A stretch of 64,000 nt of DNA. Source: Octopus vulgaris (Eukaryota). This document shows positions 1-13,460 of this stretch, one piece after another (the stretch's first letter is position 1; each line of letters opens with the position of its first letter). The position numbers were made by a program, and so were the translations under genes. The notes beneath the pieces are model-generated. The model saw only the letters and a list, made by a program, of their open reading frames with translations, had not been told where the DNA came from and did no database searches. Location of the stretch: assembly GCA_951406725.2 (NCBI GenBank), contig OX597825.1, positions 37,262,001-37,326,000 of the forward strand. Reading direction: 5' to 3'.

Positions 1-957
1 GAGGCTATCGAAGAAGTGGAGAGAAGAACGGTACATTTCAGATGCATTTCAGCAAAGACAATTGAAGCAGCTTTAATAGCACAAGCAGATACTGAAGCTG
101 CGCTGAGATGTATCAGTTATTACATCAATTACATGTCGAGGGGCAGATAATACGGCACCATTTCGGTGCTTTTTATGTCAGAAGCCCTCGATATGATGCA
201 ATCAATGATCCCTTACAAAACCAGCAAGTTCATTATGTACTCCTCTCATATGGGAAAAAGGACAGCCATGTCCGCATTTCCAGGATTCCCACAGGACTTG
301 ATATGTGGTGGCTTCTGGGATGCGTAATCAAGCAAGGGTCAGATAGTGTCCCGATGGATGTGACAAAACCCGCCAGGGAGGACTGACCGGAGTTGACCTG
401 GAGATACTTCTCCAGACAAGGCCAGAAGACGTATTAAAGAATCCCGGACCACATCCACCTCTAAAATGGGACGGTAATACACATAATGACTGAGGGCAAA
501 AGGCCACATAGTTTCGTTTGTAGAAAAACAACCCATTTGCGAGCCTTCTGACATCAACTGATACAAAGTGCAAGGAGTCGAAGGTCCCCACTGCTGCTTA
601 CACTGCTGCTAGGACTACAACTAACACCAGCAGCGGCAAAACCATCGGCAATAAGAAATGAAACACCACCAAATCATTGACCATCCTAGGGGAAACGAGG
701 AAAGCACTCCCACTCCTGCAATAATACACACATAAACAAAAACATAAACAAACGCACAAACACACTTACAGCCATTGATCCCTCATCTTCCAGTAGTGAA
801 GATGAAGGAATATCAAAAGGCCCCACCCTCAAAAAACAAAAAAAAAAAAATTCAAAAGAATAATTCTCCAAAGCATGACAACATCCACAATAAAAAATAC
901 AGACACTACCCACGCAAACAGCTCCACAATAAGCAACACCAACAAAACCAACACCAT

Positions 958-1335
958 CACAGTACTTTACGTAATAAGCGTTCGGTTCCAAGTAATGCCG
1001 GTTTTTGCAATACACTTAGATTGCAGAGTATTTCCAGATGTTCTTCAGTTGGGGTAATATTGAACCCAAGCTCAGATGACAACAAGGAAAAACTTTATGT
1101 TGAACTCTCGTAGCTTCCACGTCTTGGCGATCTTAATTCTCAGGTCACCATATTTGTCACTCTTTTCTCTTTCATGATAATATGCTGATCTCTTGGCACT
1201 GTTATGTGGATTATTAGGCATTCTTGTTTGTCCCTCCTAAAGGTTACAATATCCAGCCTTCGCTGCTCTAAAACTTTGTGTCTCTGGAAGTCAAAGTCCC
1301 TGAGGATTTTTGCCTTCCCTTTTTCGTCCATTACC
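958..1335 (-). mobile_element. R4/Dong-like non-LTR retrotransposon, decayed C-terminal restriction-like endonuclease fragment
   Basis: Minus-strand translation across frameshifts gives KAKILRDFDFQRHKVLEQRRLDIV..ECLIIHITVPRDQHIIMKEK, KYGDLRIKIAKTWKL and VLQKPALLGTERLLRKVL*. This matches the KILWDF..RPDIV..IIDIAVP..KY.DL..LQK.ALLGT pattern of R4/Dong elements. Confidence 0.75.
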
Positions 1336-1584
1336 TTTTCCGCTGTATGTTGATAGCTTCGATCTTATTCCATCCATTTAATTTCGACTTAAGGATCAGT
1401 CTCAGTCTGCGCAAGTTCTCCACCTTAAATTTTTCTGTCATTTCTTCTCCATCAATTTATCCATTTCCAAAATCCCCAAGTACTTATAGCCTTTCTCATC
1501 TACCTACTTCATAACCTCACCCGAGGCAAACCTTTTGTAACACTTCTACTGGGTACTCTTTTTCGATTTCTTTTATATTCCTTG

Positions 1585-1945
1585 TGATATTTTTCCCAGC
1601 AATAATTGGCACTGTTTTCACCTTTTTTCATTTTCCGCACTCAAACTATCTCCTATTTAAAACATGTCTATGTTTTTTGCATTCCTTCTTGACTATTCGC
1701 AGGTCAAAGGGGCACGCATCACCAGTTCTAGAGGGCATGAGGTTCATCTTGTCTGCCACCACTAGGTCAACTTTGTTGTGCTGAAGCACCTGGCTCGTTT
1801 AGATAGGAAAATTCCACTAGATTTTTCAGATCTACGACTCCACTTGACTCTCTTTAGCCTCCACCTGCTTCTCTTTAGCGTCCTCTTTTCACTGTTTCCA
1901 ATGTATCATTTTCTCTAACTCGTCGTGTTGCCACAACTTATTTTG
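1585..1945 (-). mobile_element. Second R4/Dong-like endonuclease fragment (diverged copy)
   Basis: Minus-strand translation with stops gives WQHDELEKMIHWK..KI*WNFPI*TSQVLQHNKVDLVVADK..DACPFDLRIVKKE and KVKTVPII, covering the same protein region as the 958-1335 fragment. Confidence 0.65.
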
Positions 1946-1964
1946 GTTTTGGGCAACTCGAGAG

Positions 1965-2185
1965 AATGTGTTTGTGCTTGACCTCTCCACCACTTGTCAA
2001 CGGATGCTGGTTTGTTTACCTCCGCATGACTTAGCAGCTCGGCGAAAAGTTGTCGATAGAATAATTACTAGGCTTAATACGTAATTAGCGATGGCGATTT
2101 GCTCAACAATACCCTTCAAAGGATGTCCCAGTATGGCAGCAATCTAATTAGTAACACATGTAAGAGATAAAAGATAAAAATAAAT
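1965..2185 (+). mobile_element. SINE family A, 3' half (decayed)
   Basis: Similar to the copies at 14207-14585, 48527-48745 and 49355-49733 (ccaccacttgtcaac..gtttac..acttagc..gatagaataa..ccag.atggc); ends in an AAAGAT-type tail. Confidence 0.6.
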
Positions 2186-2314
2186 ATAAACTCTACCCTC
2201 ATCAATGCAGATACTATACAGCACTCAACCGAAATAATGTTAAAATTAGTTACACTTCTCTAACTTTGCTGTATCAATACCAAATACACCAACAACACCA
2301 AACCTACCCTAACA

Positions 2315-2634
2315 TGTAACCGGAAAAACGCTATAAACTGCTCATCAGGGGGTTTGTGCTTAAAAGATCTAGTAGTGTACCGAGTAAATCTCTCGCTAAA
2401 AACAACAGCTCAACCAAATCTTACGTATGCGTAACTGCGAAGCCTAACAATTCAAAATATTACAAATGCAAAGCTCTTTCCGAAATAATTAATATAAATG
2501 CAGATCTCAGGTTGTCTAAGAAAGGAGGATAAAATACCAACCGAACATCAGATATAACATTAAGTCGTAAAATAGAATATGAAATCTGATATCTTTTTCG
2601 CGGAGACTACATTAAGTGTAAAAGGCTATATGAA
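2315..2634 (+). mobile_element. Penelope-like GIY-YIG region remnant
   Basis: Translation CNRKNAINCSSGGLCLKDLVVYR..KSYVCVT resembles the CNC..CPL.G.CL...VVY..YIG segment of PLE endonucleases; heavily decayed. Confidence 0.45.
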
Positions 2635-2645
2635 TCTATCTATCT

Positions 2646-4290
2646 TAGGCACCTGGTGAAGCAAGCCCATGCCGTCCACCAGCGCCTCCGTTGTGGGACG
2701 CTGGACCGACGGTCCGGTCGAGTTGCTCGGGGTCTGGTTCGGTCCGGACCTCCAAATGGAGAAGAACTGGGACGAGATAACGAGTAGGGTGGTCACTCTC
2801 GCCCGGCAGTGGGCCGAGAGGAAACTGTCCCTAAAAGGTTTGGCGGAGGTGGCGAACACGTACATCGCGTCCGTCATATACTACCGCCTGACCGTCGTGC
2901 CTTGTCCCGACCCTACCATCACCAAACTAGAACGCATTCTCTTTCGCTTCTTTTGAAAGGATGCGTCCCGATGGTCAGGCGATCCATTTGCTGTCAACAC
3001 CCGTTAAAAGGAGAACTGGGCATGCCGTGGTTGATGATGCGCAGACACGCGCTGAGACTGCGACATCTCCGGCCCTATGTAGACGACGGTGAACAGGTGT
3101 GGTCGCCGTTTGTGAGGCAGGCTTTCCCGCAGCTAGTCTCCATGACTGAACTGCAGTCGTGGATCAAAAAGAGGCCGAGGAAGAGCGAATGGCACCGCGA
3201 GTGTCGCGTTGCTCTCAAGCAACTCTGCCGTCCCGGATCGACCCTGAATGACTCCATCACAACCCAAACATTCTATAGGGGATTAGTGGAGGGGAGGTAC
3301 GACGACGAGCTCGGGGCGAACCTGGACGTCGACGAGGAATACCTGACCCACCTGTTCGGGACGACTTTCGGGCCAGGGCCCATGGACAACTTCCAGAGAT
3401 CCCTGGCCTGGCAGTGCTACCGAGAAGGGCTACCCGTTCGGGATAAGCTCTACAGACACGGCTCGTGAAACAGGGGGCCGACCTGCCCGAGATGCGGTCA
3501 GAGCGACGAAACCGTTCTGCACGAACTCGTGCAGTGTCCAACAATTTCCGACCTGTGGGCTTATGTCGAACAACTGCTGTCACGTGTGGGACGTGTCAGT
3601 TTATCAGCTGAGTCTATCGTCAATATTGTCACGCCTCCTTCCTTCAAACGGGAAGGAAGAGCTATTTTCATCATCCTTGTGGCTATGGCGACAGATTGTA
3701 TCTGGTGGACGCGTTTGAAAGTATTGGAGACAAACACTTTTCTCTCTGGTCAATCTCTCATCAACTTCTTCAAGTACCACTTGAAAAGGAAAGTGAGAGT
3801 AGAGAGGCAAGTTTTGTCTAGCGAATGTTTTAAAAAAAGATGGGTGAATGTAGCAAGGATGGCACGTATGAATGACGAAGCCACCTTGAGCATAATCCTA
3901 TGAACCCAGAAATTGAAAACAGAGGGTTACCCACTTGCAAACGAATGTGGTAACATATAACAATATTGACCGAGGTTACCGTGGTCTTTTTCGTAGGCTT
4001 TTCTTCCCACAGATAAACCTTATCTGCTTCCCTCTTTACACTGTACATCATGACACTGATACACGACCCCTATTGATCGTTTTTTTCCTCTTCCCCTATT
4101 TTCCTCTTTTTTTCTTTTTTCTTTTCTTTTGTTTCTTTTCCTTTTTTCTTTTTTTCTTTTTTCCTTTTTACGATCCCTTTTGATCGAAAACCTACGCCAC
4201 TTTTTTCTTTTTTTTTCATCCCCCAAAAGAAAAGCTCTACCTCGTAATTTGTCCCATCTGTGTGAAGCCCTGTGTGGCCAATAAAGAAAC

Positions 4291-4291
<1 letters not shown>
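2646..4291 (+). mobile_element. Tx1/L1-clade LINE, 5'-truncated and young: end of RT, CCHC knuckle, 3' UTR
   Basis: ORFs 2669-2956, 2809-3468 and 3529-3903 join via a 1-nt frameshift near 2954 and an in-frame TGA at 3466. Motifs LLGVWFG..NW..W..RKLSLKG..N..IAS..YY and CPRCGQSDETVLHELVQCP are present. T-rich 3' UTR, AATAAA at 4280-4285, markedly GC-richer than the flanks. Confidence 0.9.

Positions 4292-4378
<87 letters not shown>
4292..4378. repeat. (TATC)n microsatellite abutting the Tx1 3' end
   Basis: Direct reading. Confidence 0.95.
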
Positions 4379-4765
4379 ATTAATAGTTAGGGATATATAT
4401 ATATATACATACACACACGCATATACATGTATGTTTCATACACACAGATGTGAAGAACATATTTTAAGTATGTCGTATTGAATATACAACGGTGCTATAA
4501 TTGTATTACTTTTAAATATAATTTTATTTCTTCGTATACATTCCTTGTAGTTTGTCTGTTGGCCATTAGATTGCTTATTTTACCTGAGACTAATGTGAAC
4601 TGTACGTGTTTATTTTAGCAGTGAGTGAAGTCATGAGTATTGTTTCATCATTAATTATCCGTGGGGAATTTGTAGCGTATAGTATGTTTCAATTTATGTT
4701 TTCCATCATCCACAATATCCTAATAATCATGATCATGATCATCGTCGTAGTGGTGGAAGTCGTCG

Positions 4766-4804
<39 letters not shown>

Positions 4805-5770
4805 CCGTCGTCGTCGTCGCCGTCAATCTCGTAGTTACCAACATGTTTCTTTCTTTTGATTACTCAGCCGTAAAACATCAAATTAATGCATAATAATGAG
4901 TCATATTTTCTTGCTTCGATTTGAAATACCAAATCGCAGAGGCCAATATTGATTTCTGGGCAACGGAAGAGTAGATAAAATATACATATACCTGCAATAA
5001 AGTAACGTAAATAATTATTGTAATATCACCAACAGTGTAACCTTTAAGAATCGGTTTGTGCCTGAATGAAAGAAAAGTAATTGCTACTTAGGATAAGGAG
5101 ATCATAGGTGAGAGTTATTCTGTATCTTGATTTGTATTTAATTCTATAGACACCTTGCTCCACGCGGTAGATATTTGATCCAGAACAAACCGGAAAGGGA
5201 AATTTTCGGTGACCCAACTTGCCACATATAGGAGACAAATTTTCATTTCCTTCAAGCCGTAACTTAACACTGGCAAAAGTGAATGATATATATCAAAGCA
5301 TCCCTCCATAAATAATCTGAATATGAAATGAAATGCTCAAGGTTGGAACGCTTTCATATCACACCTTGATCGAAGCTAATCTGGTAAAGAAGCAAAAACA
5401 TAATATACAACAAAAAAAACATCACCCAAAAATAGTATGCAAGCTACAAGTAACATACCTTTCCTTAGAATTTACGCCCATATATACTTATATACCTGAT
5501 CATAATTATCATAAATGTTAATTATACTCGTCATTATAAGTATTCCTAATGACGTTATGTTCTCATTTCTATTGTACGTGACGATCACCTAAGACTTATT
5601 CATAATTCATTAGATTTGTTTACTTTAGTTATTTAGGTGAAATAATTATGAATACTTAGGTATTCAGAGCTTTATTGCACAAAATGGAAAGAAAGACTTA
5701 GATTTTATTCATGATAAAAGATTATTTTTTCATAAGTACACACACATAAAAATAATGCGTGAACGTAGGT

Positions 5771-5781
5771 ACACACACACA

Positions 5782-5868
<87 letters not shown>
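5771..5868. repeat. (CA)n microsatellite
   Basis: Direct reading. Confidence 0.95.
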
Positions 5869-5873
<5 letters not shown>

Positions 5874-6231
5874 GAAAATATTATCTGGGTAATAACCTCA
5901 TATGGTGCATTGAAAATCTTCTATACTGTTATCGGCTACCATATGCTATCATTCAGGTGGTTATTCCTTAAGCAGGATAAACATAGCAAACTCAGTGTAT
6001 AAAATTTATATAAATATTTACACAAGTAAATGGAATAAACAGGCTTCACTTACAAATTACTATATTTGTTTCTGTGTGCAGTAGTAGCAGCTGGCAGTTG
6101 GTGAGTTTTTAGTCTCATGCCAGCGAAAAAAATATAGATACACATGTGTATACATACATATATATGTCCATATATACATACATAGATACATATATATATA
6201 CATAAACATATACATACATAAATTCATACGC

Positions 6232-6299
<68 letters not shown>

Positions 6300-6417
6300 G
6301 CATATGTTGATATGTATATATATATCAACATAAGCATACAAACATACGTACATAGATATATACACAGATATATATATATATATATATATGCATAAATATA
6401 TACATACATATAAGTGT

Positions 6418-6464
<47 letters not shown>

Positions 6465-6468
<4 letters not shown>

Positions 6469-7148
6469 CAATTAAGGGTTTAGCAACGAATTGCCTTACC
6501 GCACACTGAAATTAGAAATAGCAGTCAAAGAGATTATAGCTATTTCTTCTACTAAAAGGGGGATCACAGTAAAGACACAGCAAGAGATCAAGTCTTAGGA
6601 AAGCATAATAATTAGATAATTCTACCTTACCCAGACTTCTTCTCTCATCAGCGCAGGATACAAACAATCATGAATGATTGAATATTGAATTTTGAGATAC
6701 TAGAAGGCACCAACTCAACTCAGTATCAGAGCGAGCTAGAAGCCACAGCTAGTATCACCAAATTCAAAGTATGAATGAAAGCTTGTGTCACCAGTCCCTT
6801 CCCACCCGCGTGTAGCCAAGACAAAGTGCTGTGGTTGATCTCGAAACGTACGTCCGTAGGTGACTTAAAACTGTATGATAGATTGCCGTTAATTCATTCT
6901 CTCTTACCTGTTTGTGTTTGCCTTTCAAATGCTGTGTCTTTACTGTGATCCCCCTTTTAGTAGAAGAAATAGCTATAATCTCTTTGACTGCTATTTCTAA
7001 ATTCGGTGTGCGGTAAGGCAATTCGTTGCTAAACCCTTAATTGCTTAGTATTACTTAAATTTTCCTCGAATGAGGCTTTTACATGCCGAAGACTACTTGG
7101 TGTAATTGATAATTATTCAAAATTAATTAATTTCACCCTTCATTGTTA

Positions 7149-7150
<2 letters not shown>
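6465..7150 (+). mobile_element. Fold-back insertion in (TA)n, probable PLE 3'-end derivative
   Basis: Inverted arms 6465-6582 and 6930-7047 (about 118 bp, about 2 mismatches), unpaired tail 7048-7150, (TA)n on both sides. GAAAC-GTAC-GTC hammerhead-like half at 6843-6854. Confidence 0.7.
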
Positions 7151-7217
<67 letters not shown>

Positions 7218-7604
7218 TTACATATATATATATATATGTGTATGTATGTATGTATGTATGTATGTATGTATACTACTTACTACTAACTTTAGGAAACAAG
7301 ACATACCGTAATTGTCTTAAGACAAAAAAGGACAAACATACAATAGAATAAGAAGACGGGATAAAAAACATAAAAAGACAAGAATCTCTAGTTTTCATCT
7401 GAATTATATATTTATTTGTATTTTTCGCTTCATTTATCGAATTTGGACTATATGTTTTGAAATTGGTATTTTTACTTTTACTGTAAAAAAAGCAACATAT
7501 TTTTGGTATCTATAACTTGTGTCACCTTGAATCTATGAGGTATTCGTGAAAGAAAAAAAAAACATGAAAATGATGAAATAGAACGTGATAGCAGTGCTTA
7601 AAAT

Positions 7605-7826
7605 GCTTGTTCTGGTGTTTGCTGAATTTCTCTGGAGAACATTCTTTTCTTTATAGTTAGATCATAGGTGACCTTCTTCTAGCATATTGGATGTCCACTT
7701 AGTAGTCATCCCTAGCATACGTATGTATTACAATTTTTCTGAATTTTCAGATTTTTCTATATGCTAGGTTTTAAATTGATATTAATTAAATTAATATTCA
7801 ATTTATCACCCTCATTATTTAAATTA
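7605..7826 (+). mobile_element. Solo 3' end of fold-back family P1
   Basis: Aligns by eye with 42470-42692 and 48211-48440 (ttctggtgtttgc..gagaacatt..agcatattggatgtccacttagt..ttcagatt..atg..aaattgatattaat..accctcatt) and ends in (TA)n; no inverted arm seen. Confidence 0.7.
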
Positions 7827-8574
7827 TATATATATATATATATATATCATTCTATTATGCGTGTGTGTGCATCATGCACAGAGGCACATACACACACGCA
7901 CATATACCTGTAACACACAATACACATACAGACACGCACACAAGCACACGCATGCACATACACATAGGTACGCACATATACGCCTACATAAACCCCACAA
8001 AAAACCCGCCATACAACCCGCGCACACACGCATACACAAATTTACATACACACCCATACATTTACATACACACACAATGTATGCATACACGCACCCACAC
8101 ATACACATACGCACGTACAAGCACACACGCACACATACACAAAGTAAAGTACAGTTACTCTCCCCACACCCAATACCTACGAATACACACATACACACAC
8201 AAACACACACATACATACATATACACACACACTGCAAGCAAAACACACACACATTACATATACATACACGCACACACACACATACTTCAAACTACCAGTA
8301 CCTTCCACTGACTATTCCCCTACGCACATGTGTAGGTAGACACACAACAGGAGCCACTCCTACTATAAATTCTTCCTATGACCTTAAGCGATACTAAGCC
8401 CAACCACACATAATTAAATAGCCACAACCACACACACACACAGCCACACATTCTAGCAGTACACACACATAGACCTGCACGCACGCACATACCCACACAT
8501 ACCTCCTTCTCTTGCACTCTCTTGTCTTTCTTCACCCATTCCCTTCCGGTTAGTTCAATATGTGACCGCGTGTA

Positions 8575-8764
8575 TATCGTTGGTGATTTTCTTTCTCCGT
8601 CTTCCCTTCCTTGGACCTTTCCTTTTTCTATGTTTCCGAGGAAGAGCTCCGTTCGAAAATTAAATCCTCCCTCTTTCTTTCTTTTCCTGGGCGTCCAATA
8701 ACACTATACTTGTTCCACGTCCTCGCGTTGTTGTGTTTTCTCTTTGTTCATGTTTGGAGTAGCT

Positions 8765-8765
<1 letters not shown>
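8575..8765 (+). mobile_element. Short PLE pseudo-LTR-like repeat with degenerate hammerhead
   Basis: ttt-CCGAGGA-agagc tcc gttc-GAAA-att-aaa at about 8633-8665; pyrimidine-rich body ending in (TA)n. Confidence 0.4.
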
Positions 8766-8816
<51 letters not shown>

Positions 8817-10436
8817 TTCCTTAATTTTATTGTCTTATAATTTTTTCCTTAATTATGAATCCTAATTTAAAAGAGAATGGAAACCTAACCTATACAGAAA
8901 TGCCTAAACAACTAATTAGATCAAGCTATAGACATTTAAAAAAACACGACCATATAAATTCCACATCACACTTGGAAGTAAATCGCTTTCAAACTAGGAA
9001 TAGGAGCAATTCCCAAATTAGAAAGACTAGAAGGAACCGCCACAGAGTTTGGAATATATTTTCCTCCAGCAATGAGAAGTACTTAGGCGAGTGTATTTAA
9101 TTTTCAACGAATTAACTCGAAACTCGTAAAACCAATCTTCTAATAATCCAAATATAATTAGAAAGCCAGCAATGTAATTACAACAAACATTTTTTCAACC
9201 CAGTCCAGAGAAAGAGGGACATACGTTGGTACAAAACTTACAGGAAAAATCCCAAGGAAATACACTTATCAAAGAAACGTTTCTGAACAGCAAAAATCAA
9301 CATACTTAAAAAAGGACTTAAATTTACCCCAACACCACGCAGATCAAATGAGAATGAAATCAAAGAGTATATTACGGAATTTTGCTGAAATTTGCAACTT
9401 ACGGAAGCTCTAGTTAATTATAATAACGACGATGAATCACTTGTTAAAAACAAAAGCAATTATCTTCCATCAAAAGATAGGAATAAAACACTCGATGACT
9501 TTATGATAACATTCTGAATTTCCCTTATAATACCTTGCACAAACACTGAAATGAAACCTCAAAGCTATGGAAAAACTTAATGGAAAAAACTTAATTTAAT
9601 TTCAAAATGATAAAGAATTCTCAATTAAAGAAGACGATAAAGGAAGTGCTGTAGTTCTGATGAATACGGACTACTGCAAAATTCTTAGTACTGTCCATGC
9701 TAGAAAACAATTGCTACTTATAAGAGGTTAAAATCAATAAACAACGAAAAATAATGAAAAATCTGTCATCCTTATTTCGCTTACATGGAAAAGGTCTGAC
9801 AAAGAAATCGACTATATAACAAATTTTAAGTTTGAACCTAATTTTTTCACGATTTACTAAATATCCACAAGAACTATAAACCTGCAAACATTCATCAGAT
9901 ATAGAAACCATCACGAGATTTAAAACTAAGACCATTAGAACTGGCCTATCATTGAAACCCCCGTTGAAATGTATCAAAAGTTTCATTAGAGATGATCTAA
10001 ATAAGCTAAACCATCTAAAAAAAAATCAATAAAGAGACAGTCATGGTATCATTCGATTTTGTGAACCTGTATACTAATATCCGAAATTCGTATGGTATAG
10101 ACTAAGTCAAATTCTGGATGGAAAGCAATCCAGAAGAACTATCCGATCGGATCAAAAAAAAATTTATAACTGAAGCATTCAAAATTTATCCTCCAGAACA
10201 ATTACTACTTGTTTGATGCCAATTACTACCGACAAATGTCAAATTGCGATGGGAACAAAAGTAGCACCAGCTTTTGCTAACCTATTAATAGGATATATAG
10301 AAAAATACGTATACTTATTTTAGCCATATATAAGAGAGAACTGGAAAAGGTATCTGGATGATAACTTTATCCTTTGGAATAAAAGTATTGATAAACCGTT
10401 CGAATTTAAAACACTGCTTAATGGTATAAATACTAA

Positions 10437-10666
10437 GGCAGCGAGCTGGCAGTAACGTTAGCACGCCGGGCGAAATGCTTAGCAGTATTTCGTCTGCTGT
10501 TACGTTCTGAGTTCAAATTCCGCCGAGGTCGATTTTGCCTTTCATCCTTTCGGGGTCGATTAAATGAGTACCAGTTGGGCACTGGGGTGATATAATCGAC
10601 TTAATCCGTTTGTCTGTCCTTGTTTGTCCTCTCTGAGTTTAGCCCCTTGTGGGTAGTAAAGAAATA
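10437..10666 (+). mobile_element. tRNA-derived SINE family B (Meta-domain-like core) inserted into the PLE
   Basis: B-box-like gagttcaaattcc; core gcctttcatcctttcggggtcga..agtaccag; 14-bp target duplication GGTATAAATACTAA at 10423-10436 and 10667-10680. Confidence 0.9.
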
Positions 10667-11856
10667 GGTATAAATACTAAAATTCATGGGAAGGAACTTC
10701 TATTCCTTGATATTTAATTTTAAAAATTCAATAAAAAAATTGTAACTGACGTCTATTATATATCTATAGATTCGAAGCAATGCCTACTATTTAATTCATG
10801 CTACCCGAAATACATTAAAATATAAAGCCCCTTCAATTTAGCGAAAATGATTTGCAGAATAGTGTTTGATGCAAATACCCGGGACCTGCGATTTTATAAA
10901 CTTAAAAACCGTATTAGTCGAGAGACACTATCCACTCTCACAAATAAATGTTGATATTAAACGTCCGAAGAGAATTGATATCGAAACATCAAAGGAAATA
11001 AAACAAAATAAAACACTCAGTTTAAAAATACTAGCCCAAATTTTTACTCACAACCTTTGAAACAATAAGCCATATAACACTATTTTTTCAAAAACCTACC
11101 TGTGCTCACTAGGGACCCTAAGATGAAAGACTCTATACATACAAAAATTCATCAAATGTAAAAATCAGCGAAAATAACTAAAGCGAACACTGACTGGTGT
11201 GAAATTATTTCTAACAGAACTCATGCGGGCAGCCCAGCTGGAGAACATGCTTCATCCGACTGAAAGGTTCAGAATTCCATTTTAAACAAGGCCGGAGATT
11301 CATAATTAGGAATGATTTTACTTGTACATCCGAAACCTTAATCCATGTGATAACTTGTTCAGAATATAGACACAATTCTATAGGTCAAACAAGAATGTCT
11401 CTTAAAAAGAGAGCAACACTGAATAAATCCGTTTCCCAAGGCACAGACATATACCAATAAGCGAACACATAAAGAGATGTGCGGCGAATCTCTAAACGAA
11501 CTTCACATTTTTATCCTAATTACCAAAGCACTGAAGCAACTTTTATACAACAACGGTTAAATAAAGAGAATACATTAACTGAAAAATACAATCAACGCCT
11601 CAGTATGAAGACAATCAATTTCGGAATTCATAAATATTTTAACTCATGAACACAACCAATTTTAGACATCTTAACTATTGAGTACATAATTTTATAATTA
11701 TAATACTATATTAAGGGCAACTAGCGAGTATTTCCACAGGCCGAGCCACATGCTAAAGGTAGACGCCAAATGATGTTAAACTACCTCAAGTATCACATAA
11801 GCACAAGCTGAAAGCGTGGTGTGTATAATTGTTTATAATCATATTCATCTGGTTGT

Positions 11857-11917
11857 GTTATGCCGAGGAAGGAAAACGGGCATTGGTTCGTAATCCTGAA
11901 ATCAATTGATACATAAC
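11857..11917 (+). ncRNA. Hammerhead ribozyme motif (one core substitution) in the PLE 3' region
   Basis: Stem I GTTATG/CATAAC; core CCGAGGA; stem II AGGA..TCCT; GAAA; palindromic stem III A-TCAATTGA-T; predicted cleavage triplet AUA. Confidence 0.7.
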
Positions 11918-12059
11918 TGAACTTCTTCATGAATCTTTTTCGTCTATTTCCTCGCTTTCAGCAAGTGTTTATGTGAGCGAAACAGACTGACAGAGATGTG
12001 TGGATTCTTTTGTGTGCGCGTGCGTATTTGAATGGTTGTTGTCAAGTGACTAAGGCTTT

Positions 12060-12710
12060 GCACTCCCGATCGCAAACCGGTCGTGCTATGTATTCTTGAG
12101 CATAATATTTCAGTTTACGTTGCTCCAGTCCATTAAGCTACGAATCTTATGGTGGATTTTTCTGGGATGTGATCAGCCTTGTGTGCTTTTAGTAAGGTGC
12201 CTGAAGACGTGGCACCCACCGAACAGAGATGTTCGCCATACCAAGTTAATTGTGCACGATATTCTCAACCTCTCTCACGGGATATGCTAACAGCAGAGCC
12301 TAATTGATTTATGATAAACCACCTTTCATCCATCACCACGTGGAGAGTTCGATTGATTTTTTCTTCGGTGATGGAAGTTGCAAGACGACCAAACCTTGGG
12401 TCAACTTTAAGAGGCTCCCTTCCCCACCTAAGTTCTGCTGCCCACTTTCACGCTATTGATAAATTTGTAACATAATTCTCTCATGTAGTAAACATGTGGG
12501 CTTGAACCTTCTTAGAGGCTAAATAATTTTTCTGCAGGTACTTGATGCCGAATTTCATCTATTTTCAAAAGAAGCTGCCATTAGTCATTTTTGAAGTCTT
12601 CTTTAAACAGTCAGATGTCAATATACCTGGAAAGGAACAATGCAGTTATTAATAAAGAAGGACTGAATTTAATGCATGCAAGATTTCACTTCTTCCTGGT
12701 CATCCTGTAC
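12060..12710 (-). mobile_element. mariner transposase remnant
   Basis: Minus-strand translation WAAELRWGREPLKVDPRFGRLATSITEEKI..VENIVHN*LGMANISVRWVPRL, including the mariner WVPREL-type motif. Confidence 0.8.
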
Positions 12711-12892
12711 AGTTGTTATTATGTCCTCGTACAATGAACTGAATTATGAATTTCTTACCTCCAAATAACGTATTGCATACACGTCTGGATCGCCGAGTAT
12801 TTCCATCTACTTGAATATTTAGAGTTCTCTTCCAATACGTATTTAAATATCAGCAATACGTATTTAAATATCAGCAATTGTGCGCGTAGATT

Positions 12893-13218
<326 letters not shown>

Positions 13219-13460
13219 CATATTCTACAATGGACTGCCGATAGGAACACATTTCTTGTGACTCTTTGAATATTGTGTTTATTCTATTTCGAAAAGAGGA
13301 ATCTTTCTCAACATTTCATAGCTTCATGAAACAACCAATATAAATATAACAGTTGTTGCCTTTATTTTGTTTTACTGACATCATCTTAAATATTTTGCGT
13401 AACTCTGTATTTTTCAAATCACTTTTCACAAATCTACATTACATAAAGTGATGCATTTGG

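Larger units (their letters stand above)
8855..11920 (+). mobile_element. Decayed near-full Penelope-like element (Neptune-like): RT plus GIY-YIG
   Basis: Motifs in order: GLKFTPTP (about 9314), KEDDKGSAVVLMN (about 9627-9665), MVSFDFVNLYTNI (10043), IAMGTKVAPAFANL (about 10245), WKRYLDDNFILW (about 10342), FLDI, TDVYY..NSCYPK, PFNLAKMICRIV, a Cys-rich linker, FTCTSETLIHVITC and IGQT. Many stops and frameshifts. Confidence 0.9.

Noticed and set aside
108-591. Short overlapping ORFs at the window start
   Set aside because: No recognisable motifs; may be a TE remnant but cannot be assigned.
6079-6103. Possible plus-strand microexon (tgcag..gtgagt)
   Set aside because: Splice-like motifs of this quality occur by chance in 64 kb; no linked exon identified.
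6465-7047. Fold-backs as MITEs with TA target duplications
   Set aside because: One-sided tails, variable arm length within a family, a PLE coding remnant and hammerhead motifs fit retroposition better than cut-and-paste TIR elements.
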